This document shows positions 31,623 through 42,276 of a stretch of DNA of 64,000 nucleotides, piece by piece. This DNA is from a bacterium (lineage in GTDB: Bacteria > Patescibacteriota > Minisyncoccia > Moranbacterales > UBA2206). The stretch's first letter is position 1. Each line of letters starts with the position of its first letter. The translations under genes were made by a program, and so were the position numbers. The stretch is from contig JAYSLY010000014.1 in the NCBI GenBank assembly GCA_043725085.1, forward strand, positions 2,748 to 66,747, written 5' to 3'. The notes under the pieces are model-generated. The model was not told the DNA's origin, made no database searches, and worked only from the letters and a program-made list of their open reading frames with translations.

Positions 31623-33456
31623 AGTATTTCCTGTGCCAATAATTAAAATTAAAAATTCTCAAAAGTTTAAAACGATGATCCATCTTGCCTGTCATATGTT
31701 CATCATAGATCAGCTTTACATATCCTAGATCAAAAAATCCATTGTCTTTAAATAAAAATTCTTGAAATAAGTCCTTTAGTTCCCGCCTAATCCACTTGTC
31801 CAATGGTACACCAAAACCGCTTTTTTTTCTATAGACAAGATCTTGGTCGAAATATTTGCTGGCTAGTTTTTTTAGAACATATTTTTGCTCGCCATTTCTA
31901 ATTTTCCATTTTCCAGAAAGCGAAAAAGCAAACTCCGCTAAATCCTTGTCCAAAAGCGGATTGCGCATCTCAAGCGATGTCGCCATTGTCGCCCGGTCCC
32001 CCTTCACAAGATACCAGTCAGGCAATTGAATTTTGCAATCTAAAAATAAACTTCTGTTTATCGCATCTTTTTGTTCGAAAGTATTTTCATATTTTCGCGC
32101 TTCTTCAAAAACCAGATCGAGTTTTATTGGTTTTTTTAATAATTTTTCCGCTTCTTCCGGTAGAAAGCTACCGCTGCCAAAAATAAACTGACGCGCACTA
32201 AAATCCAAACCGAAGCTTTTCAATAATTTATAATATGGGCTTTTTTTAGAGATAAGTTTTCCGCCAAGTTCGGAAAGGAAACCCAAAAAACCAAAGTCCT
32301 CAATAAATTTCTGCGCTTTATATTTATTATATCCTCCAAAAATTTCATCCCCACCATCACCGCTCAAAACTACAGTAATTTTATCCTTAGCAAATTTAGA
32401 AACGAAATAGAGTGGAATGATTGCTGCATCCGCCATTGGTTCATCCAGATAATCCAAAATTTCTAAGAAATTTTCCTGGACAATTTGGTCTTCAAAATAG
32501 CAAAGATTATAATTTATGCCCAGCTTATTTGCCACTCTCTTGGCATACTCCGATTCATCCGCTTCAGGCGAATTCTTATAGCAAACAGTAAACGCATTTG
32601 TTTGTGGAGAATATCCGGAAAGATACTTTGCGATTAAACTACTATCCACACCTCCGCTCAAAAAGATTCCTAAGGGAACATCTGCCATTAGTCTTTTTTC
32701 AACTGATTTCTTAATTAATTCCTCTACTCTGCTCAATACTTCATTCTCTGGATAATTATTTTTTATTTTAACATCTTCCAATTTCCAAAAATCATATCTA
32801 TTGATTATTTTCCAATTCTTCAAATCAAACTGGAAAGTAGTCGCCGGTTCTAGTTTTTTTATTTTGTCAAATATGCTATTAGGCGAAGGAATGTAGCCAT
32901 AAAATAAATATTTTGCTAAGGATGACTCGTCAATTTTTAATTTTTGTTTAATTTGCGGATTCTCAATAATCGCCTTAAGCTCTGATGCAAAACAAAAAAT
33001 TTCTTCGTCCAAATAGTAATACAGCGGTTTTTTCCCAAAATGATCACGCGCCAGCGTCAGGAGATTATTTTTTTTGTCATAAATAGCAAAGGCAAACATC
33101 CCCTCGATTTTTTCCACTATTTTTTGCCCAAACTCCTCATAGCCATGAATCAAAACCTCCGTGTCTGACTTGCTTTTCCACTGATGATCGCCTCCCAATT
33201 CTTTTTTAACATTTTGATAATTATATATTTCGCCATTGAAAATTATGGCGATACTTTCATCTTCATTAAACATTGGCTGCTTTCCAGCTTCTGAAAGATC
33301 AATGATAGAAAGACGTCTTTGACCCAAGGCAATATTATCAACAAAAAAATCACCCGACTGATCGGGGCCTCTTTTTTTGAGAGTATTGAGCATTTCCGAA
33401 AATAGCTCTTGATTTACCGGTCCAGTTCTATTTAATTGTCCTAAAATTCCACACAT
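31615..33456 (-). CDS. asnB: Asparagine synthase-like glutamine amidotransferase
   Basis: MCGI, RRLSIID, NGEIYN, LSGGVDSS, SGDGGDE. Confidence 0.9.
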   Translation of the reverse strand: MCGILGQLNRTGPVNQELFSEMLNTLKKRGPDQSGDFFVDNIALGQRRLSIIDLSEAGKQPMFNEDESIAIIFNGEIYNYQNVKKELGGDHQWKSKSDTEVLIHGYEEFGQKIVEKIEGMFAFAIYDKKNNLLTLARDHFGKKPLYYYLDEEIFCFASELKAIIENPQIKQKLKIDESSLAKYLFYGYIPSPNSIFDKIKKLEPATTFQFDLKNWKIINRYDFWKLEDVKIKNNYPENEVLSRVEELIKKSVEKRLMADVPLGIFLSGGVDSSLIAKYLSGYSPQTNAFTVCYKNSPEADESEYAKRVANKLGINYNLCYFEDQIVQENFLEILDYLDEPMADAAIIPLYFVSKFAKDKITVVLSGDGGDEIFGGYNKYKAQKFIEDFGFLGFLSELGGKLISKKSPYYKLLKSFGLDFSARQFIFGSGSFLPEEAEKLLKKPIKLDLVFEEARKYENTFEQKDAINRSLFLDCKIQLPDWYLVKGDRATMATSLEMRNPLLDKDLAEFAFSLSGKWKIRNGEQKYVLKKLASKYFDQDLVYRKKSGFGVPLDKWIRRELKDLFQEFLFKDNGFFDLGYVKLIYDEHMTGKMDHRFKLLRIFNFNYWHRKYYE

Positions 33457-34371
33457 TTATTTTCCCAAAGAATTTCTTAGTTTTCCGGTAAGAAAATACC
33501 ACATTCCGTCAAGAAATCCCTTCCAATAGAGTTTGATTAAGTCAAATCTTCTCTCCCGAAGCATCAAAATAGAATAGGTCAATGGCCAAAACCAGGAAAA
33601 AACTATCAGATATACAACTTTCTGATACCACTTGCCATAGCGAGAAACCATCACTGCCCTGTTTCGCATTAAGCAATAGGCTTTTTGCGTATACTGTCCG
33701 CCCAATGCCCTTGAACGCATGACATCATCCGAGCTAACGTCGTGATAAATCTTGGCCTTTTTTATTATTCCACATTTATAACCATACTTTCTAGCATTAA
33801 AAGCAAAGTCTGGTTCAGTGAAAGTCTGAATTAATTTTTCATCAAAAAGACCACATTCATCAAAAACTTTTTTTCTGATCAGAAAGGCGTTAGGAATGCC
33901 ATCACTCTCACAAACTGACCGACCTGCCTTATCAATCATTCCTGAAGTTTTTCCGGTTAATAAATTTATCCTCTGAAAATCCAAATACTTTTCCTTGGTG
34001 CTTAAATAATACATTGATGGACCAACTATACCATAAATTTTATTTCTTTGAGCAAAATCAACCAATTCATTCAGCATCTCCGAATCAAACACGTTGTCAT
34101 CATCAATAAACATCAGATACTCACCGATTGACTCCTTAACGCCAATATTCCGCGATTTAACCATCATTTTCTGTTTGACATTGTGAACAATTTTTATGTT
34201 AGAAAAATCAAAATCTTTAATCTCAAGTTTCTCGGTTCCATCATCAGAGCTATCATCAACAATTATCAGTTCCCACTCTAGCTTTTTAAAATTAGATCGG
34301 CGTACCGATTCAAGACACCTAATCAGATCCTTTTTTCTATTTCTTGTTGTTATGATAATTGATAGATCCAT
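33457..34371 (-). CDS. Glycosyltransferase family 2
   Basis: IIVDDSSDD, FIDDD. Confidence 0.85.
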   Translation of the reverse strand: MDLSIIITTRNRKKDLIRCLESVRRSNFKKLEWELIIVDDSSDDGTEKLEIKDFDFSNIKIVHNVKQKMMVKSRNIGVKESIGEYLMFIDDDNVFDSEMLNELVDFAQRNKIYGIVGPSMYYLSTKEKYLDFQRINLLTGKTSGMIDKAGRSVCESDGIPNAFLIRKKVFDECGLFDEKLIQTFTEPDFAFNARKYGYKCGIIKKAKIYHDVSSDDVMRSRALGGQYTQKAYCLMRNRAVMVSRYGKWYQKVVYLIVFSWFWPLTYSILMLRERRFDLIKLYWKGFLDGMWYFLTGKLRNSLGK

Positions 34372-34379
34372 TTTTTTGA

Positions 34380-34883
34380 TTATTTATGGTCCTCATTAAA
34401 TCTGTTTTTTATAAATCTCGCAGGAACCCCACCAACTATCGTGTAGGGATCAACGTTTTTTGTTACTACTGCATTAGCGCCAACAATAGAACCCTCCCCG
34501 ATTGTTACACCCGGAGACACAACAACGTTTGCCCCAAGCCAAACGTCATCTTTTATCACCACCAGGCCCATACTTTCTCCCTGAGACATCATTGGAACTC
34601 CTCTTTTCCTATACTCATGATTTGACGTCAATATATTGCAATTTGGAGCAATCATTACATTATTGCCGATTCTCAATCCGCCCTGGCCCGATATTGTCGT
34701 ATAACGATTAATACTGACATTGTTTCCAATTTCAATTCCAAAAGGACTCATAATATAGCATCCCTTCATGATATATACGCCCACGCCCATTTTTTTGCAA
34801 AACAGACCCCAAAAAACGGCCCGCATTCTGGAGGTTAAAAATACCGTTTTATTGAAAATTTTTTGCGACAAAACCCCTAACAT
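34380..34883 (-). CDS. Hexapeptide-repeat sugar O-acyltransferase
   Basis: LbH repeats, VWLGANVVV, GGVPA; start placed at MLGV. Confidence 0.85.
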   Translation of the reverse strand: MLGVLSQKIFNKTVFLTSRMRAVFWGLFCKKMGVGVYIMKGCYIMSPFGIEIGNNVSINRYTTISGQGGLRIGNNVMIAPNCNILTSNHEYRKRGVPMMSQGESMGLVVIKDDVWLGANVVVSPGVTIGEGSIVGANAVVTKNVDPYTIVGGVPARFIKNRFNEDHK

Positions 34884-36070
34884 TAAGTTACTTTTTTTAC
34901 ATTTTTTGTTAAAATCAATTCCAATTCTTCTCTGAAAACTACATCCCAATTAAACTTTTTCGCATATGCAATGGCATTTTTGCGATATTCTTTCAAAGTT
35001 TTTTCATCTTTGAGAAGAGCCACCACCTTCTGAGCAATCTCGTTTTTATCTTGACTAATGATGAATCCACAATGCTTTTCCTCGATTTCTTTTGCATTGT
35101 GTGAAACATCGGAAAGCAAAATTGGCAACCCTCCTGCTAAATAAGCTTTAATTTTCCCCGGATCGGAAAAATTTGTAAAACTCAGATTGCCATTTTGATC
35201 GTATTTTTCATACAACGCAACCGCGCAAGCACACCGGGAAAGCATTTTTTCCACATCACTATGCTTTTCCACATAACCGGTAAATTCGATAAATTCCGCC
35301 ACTTCCAATTTTCTCGCTTGCTCTTTTAATTTTTCCAGATATTCTCCGCCACCAATTACTAGAAATTTAAAATCGGAAACTTCCTTTATTATAGCAGGAA
35401 TTGCTGAAATAACATATTGCACGCCCTGTTTTTCCAGAATATGCCCCATAAAGACCAGCTTGCGCTTTTCAATCTGAGAAAAATCTAACCGCGGAAAACG
35501 CGAAAACCAAATCCCAATGGGAACTGTTTTTTGCGTTCCTCCGCTAAAATTAAAGTATTTTTTCCGCCCTTCCGCCATTCGAGAAGACAGATTCCAGGTT
35601 TCATCAGCGCACTTAACGCAAAACTGATCAAGTTTGTGGTAGATATAATTTAAAAAAGTATTCTGAAATCGCTTAGGATTGTAGTCAATAACATAATAAG
35701 CGACCTTTTCGACTTTACCTAATTTCCTAAGAATAATTCCTGAAAAAGCATTTAGATTATCACTGCCGACATACAAATTCCATTTTTCACCAGTTGTCCA
35801 AGTCCAAAAAATATTCAGAAAAATATCCTTGAGATACGCGATTGGCGCAGGAATTCTCCTTATTTTTCCATAGCTTTTCTTTTTAAGTTCTCCCTTTTCA
35901 TACTGCTCATAGCCAGAACCCTTTAACTTTTTATTATAAAACAACGGGTGTCCAATAAATAGAATTTTCCCACTTTTTTCCTTTAGCAAATATTCCCGCA
36001 AATCCTGCGCTGGTCCGGTTGTATAGACATGCGTAGCAATCACTATTTTTTTATCTTCCAACTCAAGCAT
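34883..36070 (-). CDS. Glycosyltransferase family 4
   Basis: FMGHILEKQG, PGKIKAYLAGGLP. Confidence 0.82.
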   Translation of the reverse strand: MLELEDKKIVIATHVYTTGPAQDLREYLLKEKSGKILFIGHPLFYNKKLKGSGYEQYEKGELKKKSYGKIRRIPAPIAYLKDIFLNIFWTWTTGEKWNLYVGSDNLNAFSGIILRKLGKVEKVAYYVIDYNPKRFQNTFLNYIYHKLDQFCVKCADETWNLSSRMAEGRKKYFNFSGGTQKTVPIGIWFSRFPRLDFSQIEKRKLVFMGHILEKQGVQYVISAIPAIIKEVSDFKFLVIGGGEYLEKLKEQARKLEVAEFIEFTGYVEKHSDVEKMLSRCACAVALYEKYDQNGNLSFTNFSDPGKIKAYLAGGLPILLSDVSHNAKEIEEKHCGFIISQDKNEIAQKVVALLKDEKTLKEYRKNAIAYAKKFNWDVVFREELELILTKNVKKVT

Positions 36071-36992
36071 AGTTTTCCAAAAAATAACTTATCGTCATTT
36101 TTAAACCCTTATCTAAATCAATTTCGTGTTTCCAACCAAGATTGTTAAGCTTGCTAACGTCAAGTAGTTTGCGAGGCGTTCCATCCGGCTTCTGAGTATC
36201 CCAAACAATCTCACCGGCAAAACCAATTATCTTTTTGATTTTCTCCGCTAGCTCCTTAATACTAACATCCTTGCCTGTGCCAATATTAATAATTTCTTCG
36301 CTAGAATAGTTATTCATCAAATATACACAAGCGTCCGCCAAATCATCAACATGCAAAAATTCCCGCTTCGGCGTTCCCGTGCCCCATAAAATTACTTCTT
36401 TTTTATTTTCTCTTTTTGCCTCGTAAAATTTTCGAATTAAAGCCGGAAGAACATGGCTCGATTCCAGATCAAAATTATCATTCGGACCATATAAATTTGT
36501 CGGCATAACTGAGATAAAATTAGTACCATATTGCTCATTAAAGCTTTGGCACATCTTTATTCCGGCAATTTTAGCCATCGCATAAGCATCATTAGTCTCC
36601 TCAAGCGGTCCGGTCATAAAATATTCCTCCTTGATGGGTTGTGAACAAAGTTTAGGATAAATACACGACGAACCCAGAAATAAAAGCTTTTTTACACCAG
36701 ATTTCCAAGCCGCATGAATGACATTATTTTGAATTTCCAAATTTTCATAGATAAAATCCGCTTTTTTGGCTTTATTCGCCATAATTCCTCCAACTTTAGC
36801 TGCAGCCAAAAAAACATACTCCGGTTTTTCCAGAGCAAAAAAATTTTCCACTGCCATTTTGTCTAAAAGATCAAGACTCACACGATCTTTTAAGATTAAA
36901 TTTGAAAAACCCTCCGCAGAAAGTTTGCGCACCAACGCTGAGCCAACAAGACCTCTATGCCCAGCCACAAAAATTTTTGCGTTTTTTTCCAT
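36063..36992 (-). CDS. fcl: GDP-L-fucose synthase
   Basis: GHRGLVGS, AAAKVGGI, SSCIYP, PTNLYGP. Confidence 0.95.
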   Translation of the reverse strand: MEKNAKIFVAGHRGLVGSALVRKLSAEGFSNLILKDRVSLDLLDKMAVENFFALEKPEYVFLAAAKVGGIMANKAKKADFIYENLEIQNNVIHAAWKSGVKKLLFLGSSCIYPKLCSQPIKEEYFMTGPLEETNDAYAMAKIAGIKMCQSFNEQYGTNFISVMPTNLYGPNDNFDLESSHVLPALIRKFYEAKRENKKEVILWGTGTPKREFLHVDDLADACVYLMNNYSSEEIINIGTGKDVSIKELAEKIKKIIGFAGEIVWDTQKPDGTPRKLLDVSKLNNLGWKHEIDLDKGLKMTISYFLENYA

Positions 36993-38033
36993 TTATTTAT
37001 TCAACCTCATTTCTTCTTGCAAGTCCGCTTCGGCCATAATCTTGACCAACTCTTTGAATTTTGTTTTTGCGCTCCAGCCAAGCTGTGTTTTAGCTTTGGT
37101 CGGATCGCCAATTAACAGGTCGACTTCCGCCGGTCGGAAATATTTCGGGTCAATCTCGATGATTACTTTTCCGGTTTTTTTATCGATGCCTTTTTCATTC
37201 ATATCTGCTCCTCTCCACTCCAAATCAAACCCTAAATGCACCGCTGTTTCTTCAATAAACTCTCGCACCGTGTGCGTTTCTCCCGTTGCCAAAACATAAT
37301 CATCCGGTTTTTCTTGTTGGAGCATAAGCCACATTCCTTCGACATAGTCTTTAGCATAGCCCCAATCTCTTTTAGCATTGATATTTCCCAGATAGAGTTT
37401 TTCTTCCAAGCCCAATTTAATCCTTGAGAGTCCCCGCGTGATTTTCCTGGTCACAAAAGTTTCCCCGCGCCTTGGCGACTCATGATTAAACAAAATTCCA
37501 TTACAAGCAAACAAATCATAACTCTCTCTGTAATTAACAGTAATCCAGTAAGCATAAATTTTAGCACAAGCATAAGGCGAACGCGGATAAAAAGGAGTAG
37601 TTTCCCGCTGAGGAATCTCTTGGACTTTTCCATACAGCTCGCTGCTTGATGCTTGATAAAATTTGGTATTAATGCCTGTCTCTTTTATAGCATCCAGAAG
37701 TCTAAGTGTCCCTAGGCCCGTAACATCTCCGGTATATTCAGGTATGTCAAAACTAACCCGAACATGTGATTGCGCTGCAAGATTATATATCTCATCCGGC
37801 TTTATCTTTTCAATAATTCGAGAGATATTACTTCCATCAGACAAATCGCCATAGTGCAAAAAAAGTCGTACTCCATTAATGTGAGAGTCTTCATAGAGGT
37901 GATCAATTCTTTTCGTGTTGAAAGTTGAGGCACGACGGATTACTCCATGTACCTCATAGCCTTTTTCTAAAAGCAACTCCGCCAAATATGACCCATCCTG
38001 TCCTGTTATTCCTGTTATTAATGCTTTTTTCAT
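36993..38033 (-). CDS. gmd: GDP-mannose 4,6-dehydratase
   Basis: [30 protein letters not shown]. Confidence 0.97.
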   Translation of the reverse strand: MKKALITGITGQDGSYLAELLLEKGYEVHGVIRRASTFNTKRIDHLYEDSHINGVRLFLHYGDLSDGSNISRIIEKIKPDEIYNLAAQSHVRVSFDIPEYTGDVTGLGTLRLLDAIKETGINTKFYQASSSELYGKVQEIPQRETTPFYPRSPYACAKIYAYWITVNYRESYDLFACNGILFNHESPRRGETFVTRKITRGLSRIKLGLEEKLYLGNINAKRDWGYAKDYVEGMWLMLQQEKPDDYVLATGETHTVREFIEETAVHLGFDLEWRGADMNEKGIDKKTGKVIIEIDPKYFRPAEVDLLIGDPTKAKTQLGWSAKTKFKELVKIMAEADLQEEMRLNK

Positions 38034-38160
38034 ATTTATATTTTATAATCAGTTTTGCAAAGATAAATTACTGCAAAAACTATCCGGCATTTTTTATATC
38101 CCGCTTGAAAAAATTTACACCAAAGCTTTTTCCAATTTTATCAAATATCGCTTCTAAACG

Positions 38161-38688
38161 CTATTTATCCCTCACCACCATCCCGCCAGCCAACGTTTTT
38201 TGATTCAGCGCTTTTTCGATTCGTTCCAGCTTAGCTTCAATTTGTTTTCTCCAAGATAAATCCCAACCCTTCTTTTCGTAATTTTCTTCCAGATCTTTTC
38301 TGAGCCTTTGCAAGTCATCTTCGATGTGCGAAAGATAATCAAGAATTTGAGCTTGTCCGGATTTCAGATCTGACACATCTACTTTCAAAACAGACACATC
38401 GGATTTTAGGTCAGCTACATCAGTTTTCAGAATAGAAACATCAGATTTCAAAACTGACACATCAGATTTTAGAATTGACACGTCGGATTTGAGAACAGAA
38501 ATATCTGCCTCCATATGATCCATCTTCCCCTCCATGCGATCCATACGATCATCCAATTTACCAATAGACCGATCCAATCCTTGATGCCCTTCTGCTATCA
38601 ATTTCATATCACTCCGCATATCTTCCAGCAGAATTGTTAAGTAGTCCTTCTTTCTATCCTCTTCTTTTTTAGCTTTTTTTATTGCCAT
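38161..38688 (-). CDS. Coiled-coil protein with heptad repeats
   Basis: About 7 x LKSDVS(I/V)-type repeats (21-bp units, ~38365-38510). Confidence 0.75.
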   Translation of the reverse strand: MAIKKAKKEEDRKKDYLTILLEDMRSDMKLIAEGHQGLDRSIGKLDDRMDRMEGKMDHMEADISVLKSDVSILKSDVSVLKSDVSILKTDVADLKSDVSVLKVDVSDLKSGQAQILDYLSHIEDDLQRLRKDLEENYEKKGWDLSWRKQIEAKLERIEKALNQKTLAGGMVVRDK

Positions 38689-38727
38689 AAACTTAAGTTA
38701 AGATTCGTAACCGGCATTTTTCCATTA

Positions 38728-38761
38728 TAGCACATCCTGGCTATTGCTTCCAATTTTCCCG
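38728..38761. repeat. 34-bp direct repeat, copy 1
   Basis: TAGCACATCCTGGCTATTGCTTCCAATTTTCCCG, identical to 40207-40240. Confidence 0.95.
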
Positions 38762-38800
38762 CCAAAAAAGTATTTCGACTCCTCATCCGATCCGCCACTT

Positions 38801-40156
38801 TTAGGACTGCAAAACCTCCCAATGTCCGCCTTTGTCCGGACCAATTCTTTTGATTATACCTTTCTCCTTTAACACACTAAGATTCCATTCAACTCCTCTT
38901 CGGCTAAGACCGGTTTTCATTATCAGCTCTTTTGTGGTAATAGCAGGAGCTTCCCTGATCATATCGACTATTTTCTCCACAGTTTTCTCCACAGTTTTCT
39001 CCCTAGCTTTCTCTCCAAATTCTTTACTCAAAATAGTAAACCTAAAACCTCCGGAACTCTCTTCGATTAAAGGCTCAGCCAGTCCATATTCTTTTATTTG
39101 TTCAATAGCCCGCTTAACCCCGCTGCCGTATCTTTCAATCAATCCAGCATCACGAAAAATTTCCGCTACCAGTTTGTTGCGTGGTTTCGATTCACGTTTT
39201 CCCTCCTTAACATCTTCAATGGTAAAATCAAAAGGCAACCAACCACTATTCCAAAGCACGAGCTTGTCAAAATAAACTCGAAATTGGGAATGAGTCCCTT
39301 CTTGATAATCCCGATGAATGATCGCGTTGATCACTATTTCTCGGATAGCGTCAATGGGATATTGCCACCTTTCTTCCCGTTGTGGACGACCGGTTATAAT
39401 AAATTCTTTCAAGATATACGTCTTGATAAAATCCATCACTTCATCCGCCTCGCTAATTAAATCCTGCCGAATTATTTTGTTTTTCTTAATCGTGATATCA
39501 TCCTGGAATAAGCCTATTTGGATATCGGTTTGCCGAGAAGGAACTTTTGAAAATAACAGCAAACTGGCATTGGCTGGATAGTCATTACCATCTTCTTCCA
39601 CTATTAAAGAATATTTGCGCAAAAAATTGAAAGCACCACCCAAATCAATCCCTAGATTGCTTTCGATCATACCCTTGACTTTCTCAATTTTTTCCAAATC
39701 TAAATCATCCAAACTTTTTTCTTTATTGGGATAAAAATCCCAACTGGAGTTTTTTGTCCGCAGATACATCTCGGATATTTCCTGCAAAGTCAAAAGATGA
39801 TTACCATTATTTTTTCGCAAATAAAAACGCCCCTTGAAAGACACGGGCTTCAAGGGAAATTCAGCTACCTCAAAAATAACAACCGTTTTATTGTCAATTA
39901 TTCGATTTTCGATTTCAACACTCAGAAAGGGTTGCGTTTTACTTCTGATTTCGCTAGCCCAAGACCCAATACTCTCCCGATTCAAGTCTATGCCCTTAAT
40001 TTTTCTATTATCGGATACGCCAATAATCACCACCCCGCCTCGATGATTCGCCATAGCAACCAAGCTGATAATTACCTCATCGGAAAAAGATGATTTCAAT
40101 TCAACATTCACACTCTCCCCGTTTTTTATCAGTTCTTTTATTGTTTTTGTGTCCAT
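38801..40156 (-). CDS. AlbA_2/Schlafen-domain + HATPase_c_4 + HTH protein
   Basis: ESVNVELKS, AMANHRGG, REIVINAIIHRDY, RN..A..IERYGSG, C-terminal HTH. Confidence 0.85.
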   Translation of the reverse strand: MDTKTIKELIKNGESVNVELKSSFSDEVIISLVAMANHRGGVVIIGVSDNRKIKGIDLNRESIGSWASEIRSKTQPFLSVEIENRIIDNKTVVIFEVAEFPLKPVSFKGRFYLRKNNGNHLLTLQEISEMYLRTKNSSWDFYPNKEKSLDDLDLEKIEKVKGMIESNLGIDLGGAFNFLRKYSLIVEEDGNDYPANASLLLFSKVPSRQTDIQIGLFQDDITIKKNKIIRQDLISEADEVMDFIKTYILKEFIITGRPQREERWQYPIDAIREIVINAIIHRDYQEGTHSQFRVYFDKLVLWNSGWLPFDFTIEDVKEGKRESKPRNKLVAEIFRDAGLIERYGSGVKRAIEQIKEYGLAEPLIEESSGGFRFTILSKEFGEKAREKTVEKTVEKIVDMIREAPAITTKELIMKTGLSRRGVEWNLSVLKEKGIIKRIGPDKGGHWEVLQS

Positions 40157-40206
40157 AAACCAAAATAAAAAATCAGCCAGTAGCTTTTCTTTCAACTTTT
40201 CTATTC

Positions 40207-40240
40207 TAGCACATCCTGGCTATTGCTTCCAATTTTCCCG
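40207..40240. repeat. 34-bp direct repeat, copy 2 (overlaps the 3' end of the GT2 gene)
   Basis: Identical to 38728-38761. Confidence 0.95.
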
Positions 40241-41254
40241 GCTCATTTCCGCTTGATTGAAAATTCCCGCCACTTTCCCCCAGCCATAGACGAAAAGTGT
40301 CACCCAGCAAGCGGGAACGTGAAAAAACCAGGCCAAATCCCTTTTGCGCTTGTAGCCGATGAGAGCTTGTCCAAGCAAGGGGAAAATGAAGATGGTATAA
40401 AAAATAAATTTCAAAAGGCCAAGAGACGATTCTCCGCCAATCTCGAATTTGCTCCAATCAAAAACGCGGGATTTGTTTTTTTTGTGAAAAGTATAATCTT
40501 TGATCCGTCTTTGTTGTTTTCTGATAAATTTACCAAAATCCGCTTCGCAAAAGGTGTGAATGATACCTACCTTGACTTTGGCAATATGAATCAACCCTTT
40601 TTCGGCGATTTCTTTGGCAATAACATCGATATCAAAAAGATACTTTCCCGTGTTAATTTCTTGCAAAAAAGCAGTGCGAAAGATTGTTCCATTTGCTCCA
40701 ACTGTCGGAATTCCCGCCTTGGTCAGTTTTATCTTAAGATATCCTGCAAAATCTTCTTCTTCGTGTGGCACAGCGGTCCATTTTTTGGTGAGATAATTCC
40801 AACGATCATAGTTACCCAAAAAAAGGCACACCGGATCATTCATCCCGATGAGCGCGCAGTAACGCTCAATGTAGCCGCCTTCTAAGCGGTAGGTATATTT
40901 GATTGGCTCAGATAGTTTTATTTCCGAATCAGAAAAAGGCGCAACCATTTTTCTAAGCCACCCCGAATCCGGCAAAAAATTATCCGAATCCAAAATCAGC
41001 ACCAATTCATTTTTTACCTCTTTGAGCGCAACCGCCTTGCCGGATTCTCCGGTTTTGAGCGGATTGGAAAAAACCCGTCCGCCATATTTTTTAGCAATCG
41101 CGATAGTTTTGTCAGTTGATCCGCCATCACCGACAACCAATTCGATCCGGTCTTGGGGATAATCTTGCGAAGTCAGGCGCTTGAGACATTCCTCGAGCAC
41201 TGCCTCGGCATTGAGCGTCGCCATGCAAACACTGATTTTTGGTAGATTTTCCAT
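40220..41254 (-). CDS. Glycosyltransferase family 2
   Basis: DGGSTD, LDSDN, C-terminal TMs. Confidence 0.85.
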   Translation of the reverse strand: MENLPKISVCMATLNAEAVLEECLKRLTSQDYPQDRIELVVGDGGSTDKTIAIAKKYGGRVFSNPLKTGESGKAVALKEVKNELVLILDSDNFLPDSGWLRKMVAPFSDSEIKLSEPIKYTYRLEGGYIERYCALIGMNDPVCLFLGNYDRWNYLTKKWTAVPHEEEDFAGYLKIKLTKAGIPTVGANGTIFRTAFLQEINTGKYLFDIDVIAKEIAEKGLIHIAKVKVGIIHTFCEADFGKFIRKQQRRIKDYTFHKKNKSRVFDWSKFEIGGESSLGLLKFIFYTIFIFPLLGQALIGYKRKRDLAWFFHVPACWVTLFVYGWGKVAGIFNQAEMSRENWKQ

Positions 41255-41274
41255 CTATTTCTTATGCCTTGATT

Positions 41275-42276
41275 TTACTTATCATACCCATTCGGATGCC
41301 CCGCATACCATTTTTTCAAACTTTCCACGCTCTCGGCGATACCTTTTTTGGAATGCCACTTGAGAATTTTTTGCGCCTTTTTGGGATTGGCAAAAATATT
41401 GGCGTATTCCCCTTTTCTAGCCTTAGCCTTTTTCTTTTTTAATTTTATTCCGAAATTCTTTTCCACTTCATTTACAATTTCTTTGACTGAATAGCCCTTG
41501 CCATTGCCCAGGTTGAACACTTCGCTTTTTCCACCTTTTTCCAAATACTCATAGGCGGCGAAATGCGCCTCAACCAAATCTTCCACGTCGATATAATCGC
41601 GAATCGGTGTGCCATCGGGCGTTTTTACTTTGGCACAAGTGAAGGCAAATGGCTCGATTCCCATTGCCCCGCGCACAGCATTTTGCACCAAAAGCTGAGA
41701 CGGTTTTTTACTGTCTCCGATTATGCCTGAAGTGGCTGCGCCACAAATATTGAAATAGCGCAAAATCACATGTCGAATCCCGAAAGCTTCATACCAGGGC
41801 AGCATTTTCTCTACCAATAGCTTTGATTCGCCATAGGGATTGATCGGATCTTGCGGATGCGCTTCATCGACTGGCAAATATTTGGTCTCGCCATAGGTCG
41901 CGCAAGTTGAAGAAAAAATGATTTTCCCGACTTTGTGCTTTTTCATTGCTTCCAAAAGGTTGAGGCTCCCCAAAACGTTGTTGTCAAAATATAGCCCCGG
42001 GTTTTCCATCGACTCGTTCACGAGACAAAGCGCGGCAAAATGCAAAACTCCATCAATTCTATGTTTGCGGAAAACTTTTTCAATGTCCGCTTTGTTTCTC
42101 AAATCACCTTCCACAAAATCTAGCTTACCAATCTTTTTCAGAATGTTAATCGGCTCGCGAAAGCCACGAAACAGATTATCAAAAACCACCACGTCGTAGC
42201 CCTTTTCCAGGAATAACTTAACGGCGTGAGAGCCGATATATCCCGCGCCGCCGGTGATTAGTATTTTCTTTTTCAT
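41275..42276 (-). CDS. galE: UDP-glucose 4-epimerase
   Basis: [29 protein letters not shown]. Confidence 0.92.
   Translation of the reverse strand: MKKKILITGGAGYIGSHAVKLFLEKGYDVVVFDNLFRGFREPINILKKIGKLDFVEGDLRNKADIEKVFRKHRIDGVLHFAALCLVNESMENPGLYFDNNVLGSLNLLEAMKKHKVGKIIFSSTCATYGETKYLPVDEAHPQDPINPYGESKLLVEKMLPWYEAFGIRHVILRYFNICGAATSGIIGDSKKPSQLLVQNAVRGAMGIEPFAFTCAKVKTPDGTPIRDYIDVEDLVEAHFAAYEYLEKGGKSEVFNLGNGKGYSVKEIVNEVEKNFGIKLKKKKAKARKGEYANIFANPKKAQKILKWHSKKGIAESVESLKKWYAGHPNGYDK

Noticed and set aside
38365-38510. 21-bp periodic repeats as a CRISPR array
   Set aside because: Contiguous coding heptads without spacers; no cas genes in the window
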